Shown here piece by piece: positions 16,487 to 30,529 of a DNA stretch of 64,000 nt (position 1 is the stretch's first letter; each line of letters opens with the position of its first letter). The stretch spans positions 113,708,001 to 113,772,000 of the forward strand of contig OZ024744.1 in assembly GCA_964016885.1 (NCBI GenBank), in the 5' to 3' direction. The notes beneath the pieces were generated by a model that saw nothing but the letters and a program-made list of their open reading frames with translations, was not told where the DNA came from and did no database searches. Source of the stretch: Eledone cirrhosa. Taxonomy: Eukaryota. The position numbers and the translations under genes were made by a program.

Positions 16487-18094
16487 AGTAACACTGTCAT
16501 CACCATCAACAGTAACAACATTGTCATCACCATCAACAATAGTAACATTGTCATCACCATCAACAGTAACAACACTCATCACCATCAACAGTAACAACAT
16601 TGTCATCACCATCAACAGTAGTAACATTGTCATGACCATCAACAGTAATAACATTGTCATCACCATCAACAGTAGTAACACTGCCATCACCATCAACAGT
16701 AACAACATTCTCATCACCATCAACCGTAACAACATTCTCATCACCATTAACAGTAACAACATTGTCATCACCATCAACAGTAACAACATTGTCATCACCA
16801 TCAACAGTAACAACACTGTCATCACCATCAACAGTAACAATATTGTCATCACCATCAACAGTAACATTGTCATCACCATCAACAGTACTAACATTGTCAT
16901 CACCATCAACAGTAACAACACTGTCATCACCATCAACAGTAACAACATTGTCATCACCATCAACAGTAACAACACTGTCATCACCATCAACAGTAACAAC
17001 ATTGTCATCACCATCAACCGTAACAACACTGTCATCACCATCAACAGTAACAACATTGTCATCACCATCAACAGTAACAACATTGTCATCACCATCAACA
17101 GTAACAACATTGTCATCACCATCAACAGTAACAACATTCTCATCACCATCAACAGTAACAACATTGTCATCACCATCAACAGTAGTAACATTGTCATCAC
17201 CATCAACAGTATTAACAATGTCATCAACATCAACAGTAACAACATTGTCATCACCATCAACAGTAGTAACATTATCATCACCATCAACAGTAGTAACACT
17301 GTCATCACCATCAACAGTAACAACACTGTCATCACCATCAACAGTAGTAACATTGTCATCACCATCAACAGTAGTAACATTGTCATCACCATCAACAGTA
17401 ACAACACTGTCATCACCATCAACATTAGTAACATTGTCATCACCATCAACAGTAACAACAGTATCATCACCATCAACAGTAACAACACTGTCATCACCAT
17501 CAACAGTAACAACACTGTCATCACCATCAACAGTAACAACACTGTCATCACCATCAACAGTAACAACACTGTCACCACCATCAAAGTAACAACATTGTCA
17601 TCACCATCAACAGTAACAACACTGTCATCACCATCAACAGTAGTAACACTGTCATCAACATAAAAAGTAGTAACATTGTCATCACCATCAACAGTAACAA
17701 CATTGTCATCACCATTAACAGTAACAACATTGTCATCACCATCAACAGTAGTAACATTGTCATCACCATCAACAGTAACAACATTGTCATCACCATCAAC
17801 AGTACCAACATTGTCATCACCATCAACAGTAACAACATTGTCATCACCATCAACAGTAACAACATTGTCATCACCATCAACAGTAGTAACATTGTCATCA
17901 CCATCAACAGTAACAACATTGTCAACACCATCAACAGTAGTAACATTGTGTTAACCATCAACAGTAACAACATTGTCATCACCATCAACACTGTCATCAC
18001 CATCAACAGTAGTAACATTGTCATCACCATCAACAGTAACAACACTGTCATCACCATCAACAGTAACAACATTGTCATCACCATCAGCAACACT

Positions 18095-21000
18095 GTCATC
18101 ACCATCAACAGTAGTAACATTGTCATCACCATCAACAGTAATAACATTGTCATCACCATCAACAGTAGTAACACTGTCATCACCATCAACAGTAACAACA
18201 TTGTCATCACCATCAACAATAGTAACATTGTCATCACCATCAACAGTAACAACACTCATCACCATCAACAGTAACAACATTGTCATCACCATCAACAGTA
18301 GTAACATTGTCATGACCATCAACAGTAATAACATTGTCATCACCATCAACAGTAGTAACATTGTCATCACCATCAACAGTAACAACACTGTCATCACCAT
18401 CAACAGTAACAACATTGTCATCACCATCAACAACACTGTCATCACCATCAACAGTAACAACATTGTCATCACCATCAACAGTAGTAACATTGTCATCACC
18501 ATCAACAGTAACAACATTGTCATCACCATCAACAGTAACAACACTGTCATCACCATCAACAGTAACAACACTCATCACATTCAACCGTAACAACATTCTC
18601 ATCACCATCAACCGTAACAACATTCTCATCACCATTAACAGTAACAACATAGTCATCACCATCAACAGTAACAACATTGTCATCACCATCAACAGTAACA
18701 ACACTGTCATCACCATCAACAGTAACAACATTGTCATCACCATCAACAGTAACAACACTGTCATCACCATCAACAGTAACAACATTGTCATCACCATCAA
18801 CCGTAACAACACTGTCATCACCATCAACAGTAACAACATTGTCATCACCATCAACAGTAACAACATTGTCATCACCATCAACAGTAACAACATTGTCATC
18901 ACCATCAACAGTAACAACATTGTCATCACCATCAACAGTAACAACATTCTCATCACCATCAACAGTAACAACATTGTCATCACCATCAACAGTAGTAACA
19001 TTGTCATCACCATCAACAGTATTAACAATGTCATCAACATCAACAGTAACAACATTGTCATCACCATCAACAGTAGTAACATTATCATCACCATCAACAG
19101 TAGTAACACTGTCATCACCATCAACAGTAACAACACTGTCATCACCATCAACAGTAGTAACATTGTCATCACCATCAACAGTAACAACACTGTCATCACC
19201 ATCAACAGTAGTAACATTGTCATCACCATCAACAGTAGTAACATTGTCATCACCATCAACAGTAACAACACTGTCATCACCATCAACATTAGTAACATTG
19301 TCATCACCATCAACAGTAACAACAGTATCATCACCATCAACAGTAACAACACTGTCATCACCATCAACAGTAACAACACTGTCATCACCATCAACAGTAA
19401 CAACACTGTCATCACCATCAACAGTAACAACACTGTCATCACCATCAACAGTAGTAACACTGTCATCAACATAAAAAGTAGTAACATTGTCATCACCATC
19501 AACAGTAACAACATTGTCATCACCATTAACAGTAACAACATTGTCATCACCATCAACAGTAGTAACATTATCATCACCATCAACAGTAACAACATTGTCA
19601 TCACCATCAACAGTACCAACATTGTCATCACCATCAACAGTAACAACATTGTCATCACCATCAACAGTAACAACATTGTCATCACCATCAACAGTAGTAA
19701 CATTGTCATCACCATCAACAGTAGTAACATTGTCATCACCATCAACAGTAACAACATTGTCATCACCATCAACAGTAACAACATTGTCATCACCATCAAC
19801 AGTAACAACATTGTCATCACCATCAACAGTAACAACATTGTCATCACCATCAACAGTAACAACATTGTCATCACCATCAACAGTAACAACATTGTCATCA
19901 CCATCAACAGTAGTAACAATGTCATCACCATCAACAGTATTAACAATGTCATCACCATCAACAGTAACAACATTGTCATCACCATCAACAGTAGTAACAT
20001 TATCATCACCATCAACAGTAGTAACATTGTCATCACCATCAACATTAGTAACATTGTCATCACCATCAACAGTAACAACAGTGTCATCACCATCAACAGT
20101 AACAACACTGTCATCACCATCAACAGTAACAACATTGTCATCACCATTAACAGTAACAACATGTCATCACCATCAACAGTAGTAACATTATCATCACCAT
20201 CAACAGTAACAACATTGTCATCACCATCAACAGTACCAACATTGTCATCACCATCAACAGTAACAACATTGTCATCACCATCAACAGTAACAACATTGTC
20301 ATCACCATCAACAGTAGTAACATTGTCATCACCATCAACAGTAGTAACATTGTCATCACCATCAACAGTAACAACATTGTCATCACCATCAACAGTAACA
20401 ACATTGTCATCACCATCCACAGTAACAACATTGTCATCACCATCAACAGTAGTAACATTGTCATAACCATCAACAGTAGTAACATTGTCATCACCATCAA
20501 CAGTAACAACATTGTCATCACCATCAACAGTAGTAACATTGTCATCAGCATCAACAGTAGTAACACCGTCATCACCATCAACAGTAACAACACTGTCATC
20601 ACCATCAACCGTAACAACATTGTCATCACCATCAACAGTAACAACACTGTCATCACTATCAACAGCAGTAACACTATCATCACTATCAACAGCAGTAACA
20701 CTATCATCACCATCAACAGTAGTAACATTGTCATCACCATCAACAGTACTAACATTGTCATCACCATCAACAGTAACAACACTGTCATCACCATCAACAG
20801 TAACAACATTGTCATCACCATCAACAGTAACAACATTGTCATCACCATCAACGGTAACAACATTGTCATCAACATCAACAGTAGTAACCTTGTCATCACC
20901 ATCAACAGTAGTAACATTGTCATCACCATCAACAGTAATAACATTGTCATCACCATCAACAGTAACAACATTGTCATCACCATCAACAGTAACAATATTG

Positions 21001-24000
21001 TCATCACCATCAACAGTAGTAACATTGTCATCACCATCAACAGTAACAACATTGTCAACACCATCAACAGTAGTAACATTGTGTTAACCATCAACAGTAA
21101 CAACACTGTCATCACCATCAACAGTAACATTGTGATCACCATCAACAGTAGTAACATTGTCATCACCATCAACAGTAACAACACTGTCATCACCATCAAC
21201 AGTAACAACATTGTCATCACCATCAAAAGTAGTAACATTGTCATCACCATCAACAGTAGTAACACTGTCATCACCATCAACAGTAACAACATTGTCATCA
21301 CCATCAACAGTAGTAACATTGTCATCACCATCAACAGTAATAACATTGTCATCACCATCAACAGTAGTAACACTGTCATCACCATCAACAGTAACAACAT
21401 TGTCATCACCATCAACAATAGTAACATTGTCATCACCATCAACAGTAACAACACTCATCACCATCAACAGTAACAACATTGTCATCACCATCAACAGTAG
21501 TAACATTGTCATGACCATCAACAGTAATAACATTGTCATCACCATCAACAGTAGTAACATTGTCATCACCATCAACAGTAACAACACTGTCATCACCATC
21601 AACAGTAACAACATTGTCATCACCATCAACAACACTGTCATCACCATCAACAGTAACAACATTGTCATCACCATCAACAGTAGTAACATTGTCATCACCA
21701 TCAACAGTAACAACATTGTCATCACCATCAACAGTAACAACACTGTCATCACCATCAACAGTAACAACACTCATCACATTCAACCGTAACAACATTCTCA
21801 TCACCATCAACCGTAACAACATTCTCATCACCATTAACAGTAACAACATAGTCATCACCATCAACAGTAACAACATTGTCATCACCATCAACAGTAACAA
21901 CACTGTCATCACCATCAACAGTAACAACATTGTCATCACCATCAACAGTAACAACACTGTCATCACCATCAACAGTAACAACATTGTCATCACCATCAAC
22001 CGTAACAACACTGTCATCACCATCAACAGTAACAACATTGTCATCACCATCAACAGTAACAACATTGTCATCACCATCAACAGTAACAACATTGTCATCA
22101 CCATCAACAGTAACAACATTGTCATCACCATCAACAGTAACAACATTCTCATCACCATCAACAGTAACAACATTGTCATCACCATCAACAGTAGTAACAT
22201 TGTCATCACCATCAACAGTATTAACAATGTCATCAACATCAACAGTAACAACATTGTCATCACCATCAACAGTAGTAACATTATCATCACCATCAACAGT
22301 AGTAACACTGTCATCACCATCAACAGTAACAACACTGTCATCACCATCAACAGTAGTAACATTGTCATCACCATCAACAGTAACAACACTGTCATCACCA
22401 TCAACAGTAGTAACATTGTCATCACCATCAACAGTAGTAACATTGTCATCACCATCAACAGTAACAACACTGTCATCACCATCAACATTAGTAACATTGT
22501 CATCACCATCAACAGTAACAACAGTATCATCACCATCAACAGTAACAACACTGTCATCACCATCAACAGTAACAACACTGTCATCACCATCAACAGTAAC
22601 AACACTGTCATCACCATCAACAGTAACAACACTGTCATCACCATCAACAGTAGTAACACTGTCATCAACATAAAAAGTAGTAACATTGTCATCACCATCA
22701 ACAGTAACAACATTGTCATCACCATTAACAGTAACAACATTGTCATCACCATCAACAGTAGTAACATTATCATCACCATCAACAGTAACAACATTGTCAT
22801 CACCATCAACAGTACCAACATTGTCATCACCATCAACAGTAACAACATTGTCATCACCATCAACAGTAACAACATTGTCATCACCATCAACAGTAGTAAC
22901 ATTGTCATCACCATCAACAGTAGTAACATTGTCATCACCATCAACAGTAACAACATTGTCATCACCATCAACAGTAACAACATTGTCATCACCATCAACA
23001 GTAACAACATTGTCATCACCATCAACAGTAACAACATTGTCATCACCATCAACAGTAACAACATTGTCATCACCATCAACAGTAACAACATTGTCATCAC
23101 CATCAACAGTAGTAACAATGTCATCACCATCAACAGTATTAACAATGTCATCACCATCAACAGTAACAACATTGTCATCACCATCAACAGTAGTAACATT
23201 ATCATCACCATCAACAGTAGTAACATTGTCATCACCATCAACATTAGTAACATTGTCATCACCATCAACAGTAACAACAGTGTCATCACCATCAACAGTA
23301 ACAACACTGTCATCACCATCAACAGTAACAACATTGTCATCACCATTAACAGTAACAACATGTCATCACCATCAACAGTAGTAACATTATCATCACCATC
23401 AACAGTAACAACATTGTCATCACCATCAACAGTACCAACATTGTCATCACCATCAACAGTAACAACATTGTCATCACCATCAACAGTAACAACATTGTCA
23501 TCACCATCAACAGTAGTAACATTGTCATCACCATCAACAGTAGTAACATTGTCATCACCATCAACAGTAACAACATTGTCATCACCATCAACAGTAACAA
23601 CATTGTCATCACCATCCACAGTAACAACATTGTCATCACCATCAACAGTAGTAACATTGTCATAACCATCAACAGTAGTAACATTGTCATCACCATCAAC
23701 AGTAACAACATTGTCATCACCATCAACAGTAGTAACATTGTCATCAGCATCAACAGTAGTAACACCGTCATCACCATCAACAGTAACAACACTGTCATCA
23801 CCATCAACCGTAACAACATTGTCATCACCATCAACAGTAACAACACTGTCATCACTATCAACAGCAGTAACACTATCATCACTATCAACAGCAGTAACAC
23901 TATCATCACCATCAACAGTAGTAACATTGTCATCACCATCAACAGTACTAACATTGTCATCACCATCAACAGTAACAACACTGTCATCACCATCAACAGT

Positions 24001-24534
24001 AACAACATTGTCATCACCATCAACAGTAACAACATTGTCATCACCATCAACGGTAACAACATTGTCATCAACATCAACAGTAGTAACCTTGTCATCACCA
24101 TCAACAGTAGTAACATTGTCATCACCATCAACAGTAATAACATTGTCATCACCATCAACAGTAACAACATTGTCATCACCATCAACAGTAACAATATTGT
24201 CATCACCATCAACAGTAGTAACATTGTCATCACCATCAACAGTAACAACATTGTCAACACCATCAACAGTAGTAACATTGTGTTAACCATCAACAGTAAC
24301 AACACTGTCATCACCATCAACAGTAACATTGTGATCACCATCAACAGTAGTAACATTGTCATCACCATCAACAGTAACAACACTGTCATCACCATCAACA
24401 GTAACAACATTGTCATCACCATCAAAAGTAGTAACATTGTCATCACCATCAACAGTAGTAACACTGTCATCACCATCAACAGTAACAACATTGTCATCAC
24501 CATCAACAGTAGTAACATTGTCATCACCATCAAC
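18095..24534. repeat. Tandem higher-order repeat, two apparently identical copies of 3199 bp
   Basis: ORFs 18334..20466/21533..23665 and 20485..21087/23684..24286 have matching translations; private variants ACCATCCAC (~20412/23611) and CATCAAAAGT (~21221/24420) are shared. Confidence 0.93.
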
Positions 24535-27500
24535 AGTAACAACACTGTTATCACCATCAACAGTAACAACATTGTCATCACCATCAACAGTAGTAACATT
24601 GTCATGAACATCAACAGTAATAACATTGTCATCACCATCAACAGTAGTAACATTGTCATCACCATCAACAGTAACAACACTGTCATCACCATCAACAGTA
24701 ACAACATTGTCATCACCATCAACAACACTGTCATCACCATCAACAGTAGTAACATTGTCATCACCATCAACAGTAATAACATTGTCATCACCATCAACAG
24801 TAGTAACACTGTCATCACCATCAACAGTAACAACATTGTCATCACCATCAACAGTAGTAACATTGTCATCACCATCAACAGTAACAACATTGTCATCACC
24901 ATCAACAGTAACAACACTGTCATCACCATCAACAGTAACAACACTCATCACATTCAACCGTAACAACATTCTCATCACCATCAACCGTAACAACATTCTC
25001 ATCACCATTAACAGTAACAACATTGTCATCACCATCAACAGTAACAACATTGTCATCACCATCAACAGTAACAACACTGTCATCACCATCAACAGTAACA
25101 ACATTGTCATCACCATCAACAACACTGTCATCACCATCAACAGTAGTAACATTGTCATCACCATCAACAGTAATAACATTGTCATCACCATCAACAGTAG
25201 TAACACTGTCATCACCATCAACAGTAACAACATTGTCATCACCATCAACAGTAGTAACATTGTCATCACCATCAACAGTAACAACACTGTCATCACCATC
25301 AACAGTAACAACATTGTCATCACCATCAACAGTAGTAACATTGTCATCACCATCAACAGTAATAACATTGTCATCACCATCAACAGTAGTAACATTGTCA
25401 TCACCATCAACAGTAACAACACTGTCATCACCATCAACAGTAACAACATTGTCATCACAATCAACAACACTGTCATCACCATCAACAGTAGTAACATTGT
25501 CATCACCATCAACAGTAATAACATTGTCATCACCATCAACAGTAGTAACACTGTCATCACCATCAACAGTAACAACATTGTCATCACCATCAACAGTAGT
25601 AACATTGTCATCACCATCAACAGTAACAACATTGTCATCACCATCAACAGTAACAACACTGTCATCACCATCAACAGTAACAACACTGTCATCATATTCA
25701 ACCGTAACAACATTCTCATCACCATCAACCGTAAAAACATTCTCATCACCATTAACAGTAACAACATTGTCATAACCATCAACAGTAACAACATTGTCAT
25801 CACCATCAACAGTAACAACACTGTCATCACCATCAACAGTAACATTGTGATCACCATCAACAGTAGTAACATTGTCATCACCATCAACAGTAACAACACT
25901 GTCATCACCATCAACAGTAACAACATTGTCATCACCATCAACAGTAGTAACATTGTCATCACCATCAACAGTAACAACACTGTCATCACCATCAACAGTA
26001 ACAACATTGTCATCACCATCAACAGTAACAACACTGTCATCACCATCAACAGTAACAACACTGTCATCACCATCAACCGTAACAACATTGTCATCACCAT
26101 CAACAGTAACAACATTGTCATCACCATCAACAGTAACAACATTCTCATCACCATCAACAGTAACAACATTGTCATCACCATCAACAGTAGTAACATTGTC
26201 ATCACCATCAACAGTATTAACAATGTCATCACCATCAACAGTGACAACATTGTCATCACCATCAACAGTAGTAACATTATCATCACCATCAACAGTAGTA
26301 ACACTGTCATCACCATCAACAGTAACAACACTGTCATCACCATCAACAGTAGTAACATTGTCATCACCATCAACAGTAACAACACTGTCATCACCATCAA
26401 CAGTAGTAACATTGTCATCACCATCAACAGTAGTAACATTGTCATCACCATCAACAGTAACAACACTGTCATCACCATCAACAGTAACAACACTGTCATC
26501 ACCATCAACAGTAACAACACTGTCATCACTATCAACAGTAACAACATTGTCATCACCATCAACAGTAGTAACACTGTCATCACCATCAACAGTAACAAAA
26601 TTGTCATCACCATCAACAGTAGTAACATTGTCATCACCATCAACAGTAACAACATTGTCATCACCATCAACAGTAACAATATTGTCATCACCATCAACAG
26701 TAACATTGTCATCACCATCAACAGTAACAACATTGGCATCACCATCAACAATAGTAACACTGTCATCACCATCAACAGTAACAACATTGTCATCACCATC
26801 AACAGTAATAACATAGTCATCACCATCAACACTAACAACACTGTAATCACCATCAACAGTAACAACACTGTAATCACCATCAACAGTAACAACATTGTCA
26901 TCACCATCAACAGTAACAACATTGACATCACCATCAACAGTAGTAACATTGTCATCACCATCAACAGTAACAACATTGTCATCACCATCAACAGTAACAA
27001 CACTGTCATCACCATCAACAGTAACAACATTGTAATCACCATCAACAGTAACAACATTATCATCACCATCAACAGTAGTAACATTGTCATCACCATCAAC
27101 AGTAGTAACACCGTCTCACCATCAACAGTAACAACATTGTCATCACCATCAACAGTAACAACATTGTCATCACCATCAATATCAACAGTAGTAACATTGT
27201 CATCATCATCAATAGTAACAACACTGCCATCAATATCAACAGTACCAACATTGTCATCACCATCAACAGTAACAACATTGTCATCACCATCAACAGTAGG
27301 AACATTGTCATCACCATCAACAGTAACAACATTGTCATCACCATCAACAGTAGTAACAATGTCATCACCATCAACAGTAACAACATTGTCATCACCATCA
27401 ACAGTAGTAACATTGTCATCACCATCAACAGTAACAACACTGTCATCACCATCAACAGTAACAACACTGTCATCACCATCAACAGTAACAACATTGTCAT

Positions 27501-30500
27501 CACCATCAACAGTAGTAACATTGTCATCACCATCAACAGTAACAACATTGTCCTCACCATCAACAATAGTAACACTGTCATCACCATCAACAGTAACAAC
27601 ATTGTCATCACCATCAACACTAACAACACTGTCATCACCATCAACAGTAACAACATTGTCATCACCATCAACAGTAACAACATTGTCATCACCATCAACA
27701 GTAGTAACACTGTCATCACCATCAACAGTAACAAAATTGTCATCACCATCAACAGTAGTAACATTGTCATCACCATCAACAGTAACAACATTGTCATCAC
27801 CATCAACAGTAGTACCATTGTCATCACCATCAACAGTAGTAACATTGTCATCACCATCAACAGTAGTAACATTGTCATCACCATCAACAGTAACAACACT
27901 GTCATCACCATCAACAGTAACAACATTGTCATCACCATCAACAGTAGTAACAATGTCATCACCATCAACAGTAGTAACATTGTCATCACCATCAACAGTA
28001 GTAACATTGTCATCACCATCAACAGTAACAACATTGTCATCACCATCAACAGTAACAACATTGTCATCACCATCAACAGTAACAACACTGTCATTACCAT
28101 CAAAAGTAACAATATTGTCATCACCATCAACAGTAACATTGTCATCACCATCAACAGTAGTAACATTGTCATCACCATCAACAGTAGTAACATTGTCATC
28201 ACCATCAACAGTAGCAACACTGTCATCACCATCAACAGTAACAACATTGTCATCACCATCAACAACACTGTCATCACCATCAACAGTAGTAACATTGTCA
28301 TCACCATCAACAGTAATAACATTGTCATCACCATCAACAGTAGTAACACTGTCATCACCATCAACAGTAACAACATTGTCATCACCATCAACAGTAGTAA
28401 CATTGTCATCACCATCAACAGTAACAACATTGTCATCACCATCAACAGTAGTAACACTGTCATCACCATCAACAGTAACAACATTGTCATCACCATCAAC
28501 AATAATAACATTGTCATCACCATCAACAGTAACAACACTGTCATCACCATCAACAACATTGTCATCACCATCAACAGTAGTAACATTATCATCACCATCA
28601 ACAGTAGTAACACTGTCATCACCATCAACAGTAACAACACTGTCATCACCATCAACAGTAGTAACATTGTCATCACCATCAACAGTAACAACACTGTCAT
28701 CACCATCAACAGTAGTAACATTGTCATCACCATCAACAGTAACAACACTGTCATCACCATCAACAGTAGTAACATTGTGTTAACCATCAACAGTAACAAC
28801 ATTGTCATCACCATCAACAGTAACAACATTGTCATCACCATCAACAGTAACAACACTGTCATCACCATCAACAGTAGTAACATTGTCATCACCATCAACA
28901 GTACCAACATTGTCATCACCATCAAAAGTAACAACATTGTCATCACCATCAACAGTAACAACACTCTCATCACCACCAACAGTAGTAACACTGTCATCAC
29001 CATCAACAGTAACAACATTGTCATCACCATCAACAGTACTAACATTGTCATCACCATCAACAGTAGTAACACTGCCATCACCATTAACAACATTGTCATC
29101 ACCATCAACAACATTGTCATCACCATCAACAGTAGTAACATTGTCATCACCATCAACAGTAACAACACTGTCATCACCATCAACAGTAACAACACTGTCA
29201 TCACCATCAACAGTAACAACATTGTCATCACCATCAACAGTAACAATATTGTCATCACCATCACCATCAACAGTAGTAACACTGTCATCACCATCAACAG
29301 TAACAACATTGTCATCACCATCAACAGTAGTAACATTGTCATCACCATCAACAGTAACAACATTGTCATCACCATCAACAATAGTAACACTGTCATCACT
29401 ATCAACAGTAACAACATTGTCATCACCATCAACAGTAACAACATTGTCATCACCATCAACAGTAACAACACTGTCATCACCATCAACAGTAACAACATTG
29501 TCATCACCATCAACAGTAACAACATTGTCATCACCATCAACAGTATTAACATTGTCATCACCATCAACAGTAGTAACATTGTCATCACCATCAACAGTAG
29601 TAACACCGTCTCACCTTTAACAATAACCACATTGTCATCACCATCAACAGTAACAACATTGTCATCACCATCAACAGTAACAACACTGTCATCAACATCA
29701 ATAGTAACAACATTGTCATCACCATCAACAGTAGTAACATTGTCATCACCATCAACAGTAGTAACACCGTCTCACCATCAACAGTAACAACATTGTCATC
29801 ACCATCAACAGTAACAACATTGTCATCACCATCAACATCAACAGTAGTAACATTGTCATCACCATCAACAGTAACAACACTGCCATCACTATCAACAGTA
29901 CCAACATTGTCATCACCATCAACAGTAACAACATTGTCATCACCATCAACAGTAGTAACATTGTCATCACCATCAACAGTAGTAACATTGTCATCACCAT
30001 CAACAGTAACAACATTGTCATCACCATCAACAGTAACAACATTGTCATCACCATCAACATCAACAGTAGTAACATTGTCATCACCATCAACAGTAACATT
30101 TTCATCACCATCAACAGTAACAACATTGTCATCAACATCAACAGTAGTAACATTGTCATCACCATCAACAGTAGTAACATTGTCATCACCATCAACAGTA
30201 GGAACATTGTCATCACCATCAACAGTAACAACATTGTCATCACCATCAACAGTAGTAACAATGTCATCACCATCAACAGTAACAACATTGTCATCACCAT
30301 CAACAGTAGTAACATTGTCATCACCATCAACAGTAACAGCACTGTCATCACCATCAACAGTAACAACATTGTCATCACCATCAACAGTAGTAACATTGTC
30401 ATCACCATCAACAGTAACAACATTGTCATCACCATCAACAATAGTAATACTGTCATCACCATCAGCAGTAACAACATTGTCATCACCATCAACAGTAACA

Positions 30501-30529
30501 ACATTGTCATCACCATCAACAGTAACAAC

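Larger units (their letters stand above)
1..27100. repeat. Satellite sub-family domain A (left)
   Basis: Diagnostic variants confined here: CTCATCACATTCAACCGTAAC (1760, 7593, 11833, 14934, 18571, 21770, 24944) and ACATAAAAAG (5221, 9464, 13240, 16341, 17658, 19469, 22668). TTGTGTTAACC occurs at 6914, 11154, 14282, 17946, 21079, 24278, with a last copy at 28775. Confidence 0.8.

Noticed and set aside
11502-17584. Hydrophobic membrane proteins (MVMTMLLLL repeats, minus strand)
   Set aside because: Alternative-frame translation of the satellite; switches frame at indels and ends in the stop-rich frame.
24626-28783. Mucin/PTS-domain gene (SSPSTVTTL repeats)
   Set aside because: The frame is broken repeatedly by stops and frameshifts, there is no non-repetitive domain, and most ORF starts are just the TTG in each monomer.
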